Shown here: piece by piece, positions 8,655 to 18,333 of the stretch
Layout of the letters: the number at the start of each line of letters is the position of its first letter
Position numbering within the stretch: the stretch's first letter is position 1
Virus record (IMG/VR): IMGVR_UViG_3300046370_000202
Reading direction: 5' to 3' (one strand)
Source: a virus
Length of the DNA: 64,000 bases
Translations under genes and position numbers: made by a program
Notes under the pieces: generated by a model
What the model was told of the DNA's origin: nothing
The model's input: only the letters and a program-made list of their open reading frames with translations
The model's database searches: none

Positions 8655-10163
8655 TTATACCTCCATATCATCCACGTCTCCGCTTTTTTCGTTTTCAGCT
8701 TCGACTTGTTTTGACATCTCTTCGATGTCTTCATCATTAAACATCATTACGTTTTTCATTACCCACTCACGTGAGAAATACTCTCCCACATAACTGGCGA
8801 TTTGATCCATAGTGGCTAGTCGTTCTCGCAACAACTCAGAATCTTTTAGTTCTGCGAAGTGGTTGTCTCTAGTGTAGTCAACCTGAATTTGAGTTTTCCA
8901 TTCTTCCCAGTCTTGTTCTGTACATACGCCCTTAAGAATAAGTTGTTTCTTAAGAACACCAAGGAACAGGTGCGCAAACTTTTTGCGCAGTCGGTCAATA
9001 AACTTTTGGAACTTTACTTCGTCACGGCCAATTTCTGTTGTACGACCCAAAGAAAACTGTGATTCTTGTTCCAATCGGTTCAAAGGCACGTTTAACGAAC
9101 GATACAACTTCTTTTGGAAATAAATGATATCGTCAATCTGTCCTAGGTTTTCGCCGCCTGGTAGAGTACTTATCTCTGTTCCACGACCACCTTCGCGACG
9201 TGGCAACCAAAAGTCCTCTAACATTGACATATGTTTACGATCGTCTTTGATCTCACCAGAGTTCGCATCATACACAATCTTGTTACGGTATCGCGCCATA
9301 ATATCTTTGATGTGTTGTTCGGCCTTACCCTTCGGCAGGTTACCAACATCAATATAGAAGATGCGTCGTTCAGGCGCACGTGCGAGACGATAGATGACCA
9401 ATGAGTCTTCCATCATGCGCAATTGGTTTACAGGTTTGATTGCTTTCTGTAGGTAGGATAGGACGCGTTTTTTTGACGCATCCAAAAGACCTGAAGTGAC
9501 ATAAGACACAGAATCTGGTGTTAACTTAATGCCAGTAGATGCACCACCCTTATCTTGGTAGATGTAAAACTCATTAACTTTATCTACTAACTTTGCCCCA
9601 GTTTTCGGATCTTTCTTATGTTTTATCTCTTTGACTTTACGAATCTTAGTTGCGTCAATAGGGCGAATCTCTTGGATTCCAGCCTTTAGGTTAGACTCAT
9701 TAACAACTAAGTGGTGATATATGCGACCATCTACATACCAAGAACGGAACATATCGTGTCCATATTCTTCAAAGTTTAACATACCGACGATGTTGTCAAA
9801 CTCTTCTGTAATAGTCTTTTTGATTTTATCTCCGGCCTCAACTTTATCTAAATTAAGAGTGACCGAAGATTCTAATTCGGATGAAACGATTGTTTCATTG
9901 ATAATATCTTCTATCGCAGCATCACACTCTGGGTGTTCAGCGACCGAACGATATTTTTTGATGAGTTCTGCGTTGTCTTTGGCTGCGCCACCGTCCATGT
10001 CGATGTACTGACCAAAATAAGAACCAGAAGCAGTAACATATCCAGCGCCATCTTCATCGACCTTCGGTACGATAGAGGGCGTCTTGTCATTTTCGTCTTT
10101 CATTTTTTGAACGCGTTTTAGTTCAAATCCGAATGCTTGGAAAATATTTCTTTCGTCTGCCAT
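8655..10163 (-). CDS. gp20: Portal protein gp20
   Basis: WYVDGRIYHH, NQLRMMEDSLVIYRLARAPERRIFYIDVGNLPKGKAEQ, EDFWLPRREGGRGTEISTLPGG. Start moved to ATG 10163 (MADERN) because of the GAGGA RBS. Confidence 0.98.
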   Translation of the reverse strand: MADERNIFQAFGFELKRVQKMKDENDKTPSIVPKVDEDGAGYVTASGSYFGQYIDMDGGAAKDNAELIKKYRSVAEHPECDAAIEDIINETIVSSELESSVTLNLDKVEAGDKIKKTITEEFDNIVGMLNFEEYGHDMFRSWYVDGRIYHHLVVNESNLKAGIQEIRPIDATKIRKVKEIKHKKDPKTGAKLVDKVNEFYIYQDKGGASTGIKLTPDSVSYVTSGLLDASKKRVLSYLQKAIKPVNQLRMMEDSLVIYRLARAPERRIFYIDVGNLPKGKAEQHIKDIMARYRNKIVYDANSGEIKDDRKHMSMLEDFWLPRREGGRGTEISTLPGGENLGQIDDIIYFQKKLYRSLNVPLNRLEQESQFSLGRTTEIGRDEVKFQKFIDRLRKKFAHLFLGVLKKQLILKGVCTEQDWEEWKTQIQVDYTRDNHFAELKDSELLRERLATMDQIASYVGEYFSREWVMKNVMMFNDEDIEEMSKQVEAENEKSGDVDDMEV

Positions 10164-10185
10164 AAAATCCTCGTAATAATAAATG

Positions 10186-10207
10186 AGGGGGTGGATTAAC
10201 ACCCCCT
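10186..10207 (-). promoter_or_regulatory. GC-rich hairpin between gp19 and gp20 (weak terminator, leader or processing site)
   Basis: AGGGGGTG-TTAATC-CACCCCCT followed by CATTTATTATT; no clean U-tract. Confidence 0.5.
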
Positions 10208-10214
10208 GTCAACT

Positions 10215-10222
10215 TACTTATA
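10215..10222 (-). promoter_or_regulatory. Possible variant late promoter TATAAGTA upstream of gp20
   Basis: One mismatch from TATAAATA, intergenic. Confidence 0.45.
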
Positions 10223-10228
10223 ATACCT

Positions 10229-10753
10229 TTAACTAGTGGTATTTGACTCCCAGTATTGGATTGAAAATGCTACTTCAAACTCTTCTACTGTATCAACTGT
10301 ATCGTATGATAGGTCGATTGCAGCAACGCTGTTAGGGAATGCTCCACGGAAGTTATAACTCTTTAACACACTACCGTCCTTATCTAGTTGATCTACAATA
10401 AGATCCGCTTGATAAGCTACAGGGTTTGTGAATCCTGTGTTAGCGGTGTGACCGTTCATTCCGTTCATCCATCGTTCCATTGCGTTACGAACTTCAAAAC
10501 CTGTATCGTTGATTACTGTAACTGACCAATCTTCAAATGTACGATCACCAGCAATCTTCAACTGACGACCACGGAATGGTACTTCAACAGCATTGATTGT
10601 TGATGCAGGCAACTGTGCGCCTTTGCACATAAATGAAGTTAGTTCTGCGTTACCACCGGCATACGCTGGGAAATTTAGGGTTACACGGAATAAATTAGGA
10701 CGTGCACCGCCACCTTTTAGTTTTGCTTTAAAATCGTCTACTCTTAATGACAT
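10229..10753 (-). CDS. gp19: Tail tube protein gp19
   Basis: GGARPNLF, FMCKGAQLPAS, VPFRGRQLKIAGDRTFEDWSVTVIND, EEFEVAF..QYW. Confidence 0.97.
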   Translation of the reverse strand: MSLRVDDFKAKLKGGGARPNLFRVTLNFPAYAGGNAELTSFMCKGAQLPASTINAVEVPFRGRQLKIAGDRTFEDWSVTVINDTGFEVRNAMERWMNGMNGHTANTGFTNPVAYQADLIVDQLDKDGSVLKSYNFRGAFPNSVAAIDLSYDTVDTVEEFEVAFSIQYWESNTTS

Positions 10754-10764
10754 GATAATTCTCC

Positions 10765-12441
10765 TTATACTTGTCCGACGACTTCTTCAAAGTCAACACC
10801 AGTTCTCACTGCTACGAAGTTTAGAGTTACGTAGTTGATTGAACGTGCTGGTTTGATAAAGCAAGATGCGACGAATTCGTTGCGGTCAATAACTTCTGGC
10901 GTGTTGTTTGTTTCGTCACAAACAAGACGGAAGTCAGTGATACCACGACGACCCTGAACTTCACGTAGAAATGGTTCTACGGTATTGACAAACTCTGCAC
11001 GTGTGAAATCGTCGTTGAACTCAAACATAACGTTCTCGGCCGCTGCAGAAATTGCACGTTCTAGAACTAGGAACAAACGACGTACGTTGATGCGATCAAA
11101 CGCAGATGGACGTGATAAGTGAGTCTTGTCACCGTAAAGCATAATGCCCTGGCCAGGGAAACTGACGATTGGGTTAATGCCTGCTTTGTATAGACGATCA
11201 CGGTCTGTCTTGGATGGATTGACTAGAATGTCAGTAACACCCAAGTATTGACCACGACGTGAACCGGCTGGTGAGAACCAAGGCGCATCTGTTACGTCAC
11301 CCGCCGCCATGATGCCTGCAGTTGATGATGCCGCTGGAATATTCTCGTACTTATCGTTATACTTATCGTATACTTTCAACCAGTTTCCATCGACAACTAG
11401 GTACGATGAACTTTTATTTAAAGATGATACGTGCGCTAACATAGAGTCTATAACTGTTGACTCTCCTGTTATTGATGGTGAAATAACTGCAATACAATCT
11501 TTACGTGATTCTGCGATGTTTACCAATTTTTGATGAATTGCAATAGAACTCCCTTGACCACCTGCTGGTGGAACCAAGAAATCGATCTGGATAGTATTTT
11601 TATCTTCGAACTCACCATATGCATCAACATAATTTGGTTGAACGTCTTCATCACCATCCTTTCCGCCTTGTAACACATAACGACCAACGTCTGGAACTTC
11701 GTCACCTTCGTTCATGACTATCCAAGATGAGTTTTTATTTACAACTTCGACAAAATAATTAGACAAACCATTATCTAGAATAGAACCTTTGGTTGTAGAT
11801 ACGTATTCAAAGGTGTCTAGAACTGATTCATCGTCAGTGCCTGCTTTTGATAAAACAACAATATGAAGTTCATCACCAACCGGCGCCGAGGTGAAAAGCT
11901 TTTGATATTCCCACGGATTAGGTGGATTTATCATCACAGGAACTTCCTGTGTGACAGGTTGATTGTCCGAATCAAGTACAGGTGTGCCGTCTGAATCAAG
12001 TACAGGAACAGTTTCAAAAACAAGTTGACCGTCCGAGTCTCTAGCTTGAACTAGAGTGTCTGAAGTATCTAACCAATGAGCAGCGTCACAGACTTCTACT
12101 GTAATAGAGTTGCCTAATGTGCCTGGATACTTTGCTGTGAATTGTCCTGAAACTGCAGATGCAGAACCGTCTTTGGATGCGCGTACAACGAATGCGCTTG
12201 AAGAGTATTTTAGGAAATGCGCGACAGACAAAAAATCGCCTGCATATGCTTCTCCCGCGAGAGGAGACCCGAAAGTGGACGCTAGTTCTGATTCTGTACC
12301 GACAAGAACAGGCGTGTTTACAGGGCCCCAGTTGAAGTCACCGACAAAAGCGCCCGTAGTAGATGTGACCGATGGAACAACTCCAGTTAGGTCAATCTCA
12401 CGAACATTTACTGCTGGCGACTCTGAAAATTTAAGAGCCAT
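10765..12441 (-). CDS. gp18: Tail sheath protein gp18
   Basis: SPAVNVREIDL, FNWGP, PWFSPAG..RG, GDKT...SAFDRINVRRLF, FEFNDDFTR, IKPARSINYVTLNFVA. Confidence 0.98.
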   Translation of the reverse strand: MALKFSESPAVNVREIDLTGVVPSVTSTTGAFVGDFNWGPVNTPVLVGTESELASTFGSPLAGEAYAGDFLSVAHFLKYSSSAFVVRASKDGSASAVSGQFTAKYPGTLGNSITVEVCDAAHWLDTSDTLVQARDSDGQLVFETVPVLDSDGTPVLDSDNQPVTQEVPVMINPPNPWEYQKLFTSAPVGDELHIVVLSKAGTDDESVLDTFEYVSTTKGSILDNGLSNYFVEVVNKNSSWIVMNEGDEVPDVGRYVLQGGKDGDEDVQPNYVDAYGEFEDKNTIQIDFLVPPAGGQGSSIAIHQKLVNIAESRKDCIAVISPSITGESTVIDSMLAHVSSLNKSSSYLVVDGNWLKVYDKYNDKYENIPAASSTAGIMAAGDVTDAPWFSPAGSRRGQYLGVTDILVNPSKTDRDRLYKAGINPIVSFPGQGIMLYGDKTHLSRPSAFDRINVRRLFLVLERAISAAAENVMFEFNDDFTRAEFVNTVEPFLREVQGRRGITDFRLVCDETNNTPEVIDRNEFVASCFIKPARSINYVTLNFVAVRTGVDFEEVVGQV

Positions 12442-12505
12442 AATAGTTTCCTTTTGTTAAGGTATAATAAGAGATCATAATACGGAGTAATTATTTCAAT
12501 GTAAC

Positions 12506-12513
12506 TATTTATA
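12506..12513 (-). promoter_or_regulatory. T4-type late promoter TATAAATA upstream of gp18
   Basis: Exact motif, intergenic. Confidence 0.8.
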
Positions 12514-12525
12514 ATAACGCGATTT

Positions 12526-14133
12526 TTACCAATCTTCGGGGTCATATTTAGCCCATTGCATACTATATGGATCATATGGTTCTGACGGAGGCACGTAATG
12601 GTTTCCGTCGTCTATAATACCAAACGGAGGCACGTCGTCTTCAATCTCCCTCATCCGTTGATCAAATAACATCTGCTTTATATTCACGTCTGTCATATCA
12701 CCGAAAGACTGTGTCCCTACGAAGTATCCGAACATCACTAGGTTCATCATCAAGTCGTCGTGGTTGCCGTCACTGGCCTCAAACGACTGTCCCTTAGACA
12801 CAAACGTAGAGATCTCCATAATCGTATTCTCATCTACGATATCAAGTTTATGATTCTCGATAATATCCTTGATGGCGGAACATCCGATACGTTTTACCTT
12901 GCGGTCCATACGAATGCCGATCGCATCGGCCTTCACTGCAGACTCAAGGTGAATGTTCTCGTACTCTAGATCTTGATACAAACCCACACAAGTCACCATA
13001 CCCTGATCGTTATTCTCAATGACAGTGTATGCCTCGTTATAAAGAGTGGCGTACTTGTAAATTATATTCGGAAAAAGTATTGGAGATATTCTATTGTTAC
13101 GATATACACACACCTGTTTGAAAGGTTGTACCGAAACATCTATTATATTAAATGTGGAATAATCTTGGCCACGGCCTTGACAGACATCTACTGTCATGAT
13201 ATACTGGTGTTCTTCAATAACATCTTCATAAACTAATAAGTCGCCACCTTCTAGTCTACGTTTAGGTTCTCTAGCCCGTAAATCTAATAATATCTGGCCT
13301 TCAATTAGAGTATTGCCAGTACCAAAAAAAGTGTTGCCAAATTCTTGGTCAAACTGTAAACTAGAGGTATTGGCAATGGTTTGTTCTTTCCACTTTTCAT
13401 TTCGGCCAGGCACATCCCACCAATCTACACGGAATGGTTTGTATTCGTTCACTCCTTGTACGGCACCTTCCCATATCTTGTGATAGGTATTTCCGATACC
13501 GTTCGCAGTACTTGTTATGATAACTTTTGTATCTTTACCAGATGAGATTACTGGATATGTGGATGTGTAGAACTCAGCGGCATTCTCTACGAACGCAAAC
13601 TCATCTAGAAACAATAAGTTGACCGACATACCACGAATAGATGAACCAGAGGTTGCAGCTGCAATAATACGACTATTATTACTGAATTCCAAAGACCCCT
13701 TGTTGAGTGCCTTACACCCTGGCTGAAGAAAGAACGGCAGATTCTCTAACATAAGTGTGACACGTGCCAACATCTCACGTGCGGTCATACCTTTGTTCGC
13801 GAGGATCGCGATAGTCTTCTCTGGGTGAAAGAGTGCGTACCACAACAGATAACCAACCGAACTGATAGACTTACCCGACTGACGACATGCCAATACGATG
13901 TTGAATCGGTTATCGTTGAAGTGTTCAAACATCTTTTCCTGATATGGATAGAGCTTGAATGGCACGAGACCTTTATCTAGGTGAATGACCTTGACGTACT
14001 TGCGACAGAAATACGATGGGTCCTTCATGCATTTCTTATACTCGCGCAGCTTCTTGGCGTCCCATTCTTCTGCGACACCATCTTTCTTAACTAACGGATT
14101 ACCTAGGTAGGAGTTCTTTGTATAACTACTCAT
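12526..14133 (-). CDS. gp17: Terminase large subunit gp17
   Basis: YLGNP, RQSGKS Walker A, LLFLDEFAFV Walker B, ITSTANG, nuclease VDVCQGRGQDYS and HDDLMM; uninterrupted. Confidence 0.98.
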   Translation of the reverse strand: MSSYTKNSYLGNPLVKKDGVAEEWDAKKLREYKKCMKDPSYFCRKYVKVIHLDKGLVPFKLYPYQEKMFEHFNDNRFNIVLACRQSGKSISSVGYLLWYALFHPEKTIAILANKGMTAREMLARVTLMLENLPFFLQPGCKALNKGSLEFSNNSRIIAAATSGSSIRGMSVNLLFLDEFAFVENAAEFYTSTYPVISSGKDTKVIITSTANGIGNTYHKIWEGAVQGVNEYKPFRVDWWDVPGRNEKWKEQTIANTSSLQFDQEFGNTFFGTGNTLIEGQILLDLRAREPKRRLEGGDLLVYEDVIEEHQYIMTVDVCQGRGQDYSTFNIIDVSVQPFKQVCVYRNNRISPILFPNIIYKYATLYNEAYTVIENNDQGMVTCVGLYQDLEYENIHLESAVKADAIGIRMDRKVKRIGCSAIKDIIENHKLDIVDENTIMEISTFVSKGQSFEASDGNHDDLMMNLVMFGYFVGTQSFGDMTDVNIKQMLFDQRMREIEDDVPPFGIIDDGNHYVPPSEPYDPYSMQWAKYDPEDW

Positions 14134-14512
14134 CTTCGTCGTCGTGGTCTATAGTTTTTTCATCACCCATCAGCATACGCTGTAATTCTGTAGTAGACCC
14201 GACAAATAGATTATTATTAGTAGTTGTTGCTTCGGCAGGTTTGTCTTCTTTCTGAAGTTCTTTCTGTTTCTTGTTGAGATCCATCAGCTTGTCATTGACA
14301 TCTGCGATGCCTTTGATCATGCCAGACAGAACCTCAAACGCACGAGGGTGTTCACTCTCACGTGCGACTTCAATCATGAGTTCTAGTGACTCACGACCTT
14401 TCTCAATTAGGTCATAGTAAGTATCACGAGAGTACTCATAGTCCTGCTCGTGCACGAAGTTTTTCTTCTGTTCTTCGTCAAACAGGCCTGGCGGTTTACG
14501 ATTGTCTCTCAT
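14126..14512 (-). CDS. gp16: Terminase small subunit gp16
   Basis: DYEYSR..YYDLIEKG, SEHPRAFEV, NNNLFVGSTTELQ. Confidence 0.95.
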   Translation of the reverse strand: MRDNRKPPGLFDEEQKKNFVHEQDYEYSRDTYYDLIEKGRESLELMIEVARESEHPRAFEVLSGMIKGIADVNDKLMDLNKKQKELQKEDKPAEATTTNNNLFVGSTTELQRMLMGDEKTIDHDDEDE

Positions 14513-14527
14513 AAATATATCTATGTC

Positions 14528-16582
14528 TTAAATAAAGTTAGGTTTCGGTAACGTCCAACTCGACGCACCGTTATCAAACTGATCATATGAAGTCACACTA
14601 GACACGTTCCATCCACTCAAATCTTGGTTGAATGATGTTGCGTTTTCGAACATCTCGCCCATATCTGTTACACTGGATGTGTCCCAGTTGGCGATATCTG
14701 CGCTTCCGTTATTACTGAACGAAGGACAGTCTTGGAACATTTCGTTCATGGTGTCTACGTTAGATACGTCCCACGCACCGATGTTGATGTCAAAGTCTTC
14801 GTTCTCTTCAAACATCTCTGACATATCTTTGACATTAGAAACATCCCATCCACCGATATCTGCACCGAAAGGAGCTGGAACACCAGTCCACACAGAACCA
14901 GCAACGGCAAACATTCCCGACATATTGACAGCACTTCCTGTGTTCCAACTAGAAATATCTGAGTTTGTTACTGTGGCATTGAAATAAGTATTTTTGAACG
15001 TGTCATAAAAACTAATCACATTAGACACATCCCAACTACCGACACCTTGACCCGTAAATTCAGATGCATCAAACATATCTGACATTGTTCTTGCGTTGGA
15101 AGTGTCCCATCCACTTAGGTCTTGATCGAATGCCGCTCTGAGGAAGGTTTCATCAAATCTGAATACAGCTGAAGTGTCCCAACTACCAATAGGTTGGTTG
15201 AAAGTGACATTGTCATAAAACATTGATTGTAAAATAACACCGTGGACACCAGCGCTGCTAAGTGGGTAACCACCTGTCGGAGCGTAATCGTCCCAATCAT
15301 GCATGTAATCAAAGTCTGAGTAAGTGTTTTGATTGATTGTGACACCAGAGTCCGTCCAGTAAGATGCAACTACGTCAGTGATAGGTGTAGTTTTATCTGC
15401 GCAAATAGTCCATCCACTAATGTCCTGATTGAATACTGCTTCACGGAACATAGATGTGAAGTCTCTATTTTTAGAAACATCCCACCCAGTAATATCACTC
15501 GTGTTAGATGCAAAGTCCGATTCTCTAAGCATCTCTCTTGCGGTTACGACTTGGGACATATCTAAATTGGTGATATTTGCACTACCCAAAGTAGATGTCT
15601 GAGAAGACTCATCGAAGAACATCCAGTCAGTGTGCATCAATGGTTCGTCTGTAGTAAAACCTACATTTGGAGTCCAAACATATCCTGGCGGTGCGTAATG
15701 CGTTCTCCAATCAATAGATGTCGGATCTTCTGTTACGCCAGTGATGATATAATCGTATGTCGGTTCGGGTTCTGGCTCCGGTTCGGGTTCCGGTTCGGGT
15801 TCGGGTTCCGGTTCGGGTTCCGAAGCTTCTATTATTTCAACATTAAACCCATAGTCTCCGTCTGGGCTTACATCAATAGGATCTGGAGTAACTCTAACAG
15901 TTTCAACAAAATCTGAACCTTCGGTAGTAATAAGATTGATATTGGTGTTCACTTCACGAACAATTGGAGTTGGATTTTCTGGGCCATAGAAGTTCACACG
16001 CATATCAAATGTCATGTTATATATGATAGTACGTCTCTGTTCTACGGGACCCTCAAAGTCGTCTTGAAAATCAACACTCGTTAGTGAAATAGGAATGTCT
16101 TCTTTGATATCAGGCAAATCAACGAAAGGTTTGACTGTCAACGTATACTGAGGAGCGAAGTATGGTAGGATTTGTTCTACCACCTGAAGCGCATCATCTT
16201 GTGATCGTGCGTAAACGCTTAACTGAAATGACAAAGTATATGGTACGCCGACATAGTATTTGTCTGCAAATTGACTGCCGTCTGAAACGGTAAAGTGATT
16301 AAGTTTGGGCAGTTGTCTCTGTGCGTCGTATGCAATAGAAACGATCTCAAATGACATACGTGGTAATTTTAAAGCGACTCTACGTTCAGCCCCTTCTCCT
16401 TGTGACATCTCTTCTAGTCGTTCAATAAACGATCTAGCCGGTGCATAAGATAGAGGAACCTTTACCTGCGACAACACTTTACCCGCAGAGTTTGTTCTTA
16501 AAATATTAATATCATCAAACATAGAACCGAATAAAGCCACGCAAGACCTAACTCGTTTATGATAAAAGTGTCCGCCCATCAT
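14528..16582 (-). CDS. gp15: Tail sheath stabiliser gp15 fused via an (EP)n linker to DUF285/BspA-like surface-protein repeats
   Basis: N-terminal ~250 aa: FYH, KVPLSYAP, LPRMSFE, DDALQVVEQILPYFAPQY, DDFEG..RRTIIY. Then EPEPEP, then repeats W-D-(T/V)-S-x-V-x-x-M-x-x-M-F...FNQD-(I/L)-x-x-W. Confidence 0.9.
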   Translation of the reverse strand: MMGGHFYHKRVRSCVALFGSMFDDINILRTNSAGKVLSQVKVPLSYAPARSFIERLEEMSQGEGAERRVALKLPRMSFEIVSIAYDAQRQLPKLNHFTVSDGSQFADKYYVGVPYTLSFQLSVYARSQDDALQVVEQILPYFAPQYTLTVKPFVDLPDIKEDIPISLTSVDFQDDFEGPVEQRRTIIYNMTFDMRVNFYGPENPTPIVREVNTNINLITTEGSDFVETVRVTPDPIDVSPDGDYGFNVEIIEASEPEPEPEPEPEPEPEPEPEPTYDYIITGVTEDPTSIDWRTHYAPPGYVWTPNVGFTTDEPLMHTDWMFFDESSQTSTLGSANITNLDMSQVVTAREMLRESDFASNTSDITGWDVSKNRDFTSMFREAVFNQDISGWTICADKTTPITDVVASYWTDSGVTINQNTYSDFDYMHDWDDYAPTGGYPLSSAGVHGVILQSMFYDNVTFNQPIGSWDTSAVFRFDETFLRAAFDQDLSGWDTSNARTMSDMFDASEFTGQGVGSWDVSNVISFYDTFKNTYFNATVTNSDISSWNTGSAVNMSGMFAVAGSVWTGVPAPFGADIGGWDVSNVKDMSEMFEENEDFDINIGAWDVSNVDTMNEMFQDCPSFSNNGSADIANWDTSSVTDMGEMFENATSFNQDLSGWNVSSVTSYDQFDNGASSWTLPKPNFI
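15761..15820 (-). repeat. (Glu-Pro)10 coding hexanucleotide repeat (linker in gp15)
   Basis: GARCCN tandem units encoding EPEPEP... Confidence 0.9.
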
Positions 16583-17463
16583 TAGAATATATCTCCAAAC
16601 GGATTGGATTCTGAGAAATCAACAAAGTCATTTGCCCAATCATCAAACACTTCTTTCTGTGCCAAACGATCAATCTCGTTGACTCCCTCTTTTTCAGAGA
16701 TAGGTGTCAATGATGCGTTCTCGCCAATAACAGGTCTGTTTGTCGCCCACTCGTGATACTTACCGTCTGTTGCGCCCGTGTGTGCAATCTTGAGGACACG
16801 TGTGTCGTGGTTCCAATAAGTGACTTCACCCTCAAGTCGGAAGTCATCAAACTCTTGATAAACATCTTCACCGACAAGGTAATAGATTTCACGACCCATG
16901 CCTTCGTCTGGCATCTTGAGTTCGTATTGGAATGCGCCTTCAACCTCAACGTTGTCAATGCCCGGAATGCCAGTATCAAAGTCCTCATCGGAGAATTCAA
17001 ACAACTCACATTGCATACGGAAAAGAGGCAGTTGGGATAGTTGATAAAACGGAGATTCTGTATAGACGCGTTTGACCTCGAAAAGAGATTCTGATAGAGG
17101 CAAGTATATTACATCGCCCTCACGTGGACGGAACTGTGCGTCAGAAAGACGATCACCAATCAAACTTTTCCATCTGCGTCGTGCGATAACAAATGTAGCT
17201 TGATCACGCAACTCGATGCCGAACTTAGTGAACAGATCGCCTTCGCCTTCGAAACCTTCTGCGTTCTCGATGTACACCTCAACTTTGTAGGCGTCAGAGA
17301 ACTGAGACTGAATACTATCTAAGAAGATGTCTTCTCTCTCGACCACTTCGCGTGGGAGATAGTAAACATCCTGACCATAGAACTGAATTGCCTCAATGAG
17401 AATGTCTTCATAGAGGTTCTGTTCTTGTCTGTTTTTTAAACTAATATATGGATTAGTAGCCAT
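16582..17463 (-). CDS. gp14: Neck protein gp14
   Basis: EQNLYEDILIEAIQFYGQDVYYLPR, GDLFTKFG, RPREGDVIYLP, PFYQL, FSESNPFG. Confidence 0.96.
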   Translation of the reverse strand: MATNPYISLKNRQEQNLYEDILIEAIQFYGQDVYYLPREVVEREDIFLDSIQSQFSDAYKVEVYIENAEGFEGEGDLFTKFGIELRDQATFVIARRRWKSLIGDRLSDAQFRPREGDVIYLPLSESLFEVKRVYTESPFYQLSQLPLFRMQCELFEFSDEDFDTGIPGIDNVEVEGAFQYELKMPDEGMGREIYYLVGEDVYQEFDDFRLEGEVTYWNHDTRVLKIAHTGATDGKYHEWATNRPVIGENASLTPISEKEGVNEIDRLAQKEVFDDWANDFVDFSESNPFGDIF

Positions 17464-17466
17464 GTC

Positions 17467-18237
17467 TTACCCCATGAAGAACATTGGACCTTCATCTTCG
17501 TCCGTACGAAAACGTTCAATTATTCTCTCGATGTCTGAAAGTGCATCTTCGTAAATAAGACGTGCGTTGACAGTAACACCGCCAGGCAGTGCCATACCAT
17601 CGAACTTGATTAGGTTGAGTCCCCACTGTCTCTTTATCAGTGCGGTTGCATATTCTTTTAGAAAACGATGATTCCAAAGTGAGTTATATTCTGTAACAGA
17701 CTCATCTGGATCACGAATAGTGTAGACCTCAAATACAATATAATCATGCAGTTCTAATTTCGTTTTAGAAACGTGTAGATTAACACGATTATACTGACGA
17801 TCAAATGTGATCTGAGGCATACCACCAAGTTTCATATCTAGGAGTGATAACTGTTGTTGCATTTGTTCGTAGTGTGCAAGATCTCCTAAGATCCCACCAT
17901 TTCGTGTAAAGTCTGACATAGTGTAGGCCATAACTTGCCACGCATCACTAAACCACCCTGAGTGTGCAGAACTAAATGTTACTGGCACCATACGAACAAC
18001 CGCAGACAGATCTAGATTATCTGGAAAATCAACATACTGATTCTCAATATCCTGTTCGGTTAATTGGTGTTTTAGATAATATCTTTTAGAACCATCGGGG
18101 TGATTTTCACGAAACCACTGCAACGCCTCATCAATACGATCATCTAACTGTTCTTCGTCAATGTTTACTTCTACTACTGGATGGCCCAGTGCGCGTAGAC
18201 AGTAATCAATTAACTCTTCTCTAGTTGTAGAATACAT
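17467..18237 (-). CDS. gp13: Neck protein gp13
   Basis: YCLRALGHPVVEVN..EEQLDDRIDEALQ, KEYATALIKRQWGLNLIKF.GM.LPGGVT.N. Confidence 0.96.
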   Translation of the reverse strand: MYSTTREELIDYCLRALGHPVVEVNIDEEQLDDRIDEALQWFRENHPDGSKRYYLKHQLTEQDIENQYVDFPDNLDLSAVVRMVPVTFSSAHSGWFSDAWQVMAYTMSDFTRNGGILGDLAHYEQMQQQLSLLDMKLGGMPQITFDRQYNRVNLHVSKTKLELHDYIVFEVYTIRDPDESVTEYNSLWNHRFLKEYATALIKRQWGLNLIKFDGMALPGGVTVNARLIYEDALSDIERIIERFRTDEDEGPMFFMG

Positions 18238-18265
18238 GTCAGTTTCCGAAATTGGTTTACTGTTC

Positions 18266-18273
18266 TATTTATA
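18266..18273 (-). promoter_or_regulatory. T4-type late promoter TATAAATA upstream of gp13
   Basis: Exact motif, intergenic. Confidence 0.8.
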
Positions 18274-18286
18274 CGTTTTTTAAAGT

Positions 18287-18314
18287 AAAAAAAAGGGAGT
18301 CCGAAGACTCCCTT
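18287..18314 (-). terminator. Intrinsic terminator after the giant fibre gene
   Basis: AAGGGAGTC-TTCG-GACTCCC followed by T8; same stem-loop as the gp23 terminator. Confidence 0.9.
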
Positions 18315-18333
18315 GTTAAACACTAATGTGTGA

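Noticed and set aside
10164-10202. N-terminal extension of gp20 in the ORF track
   Set aside because: It overlaps the intergenic hairpin; ATG 10163 has a proper RBS.
347-14133. Introns, inteins or homing endonucleases in uvsW, gp17, gp20 or gp23
   Set aside because: All are normal length and uninterrupted; no such motifs seen.
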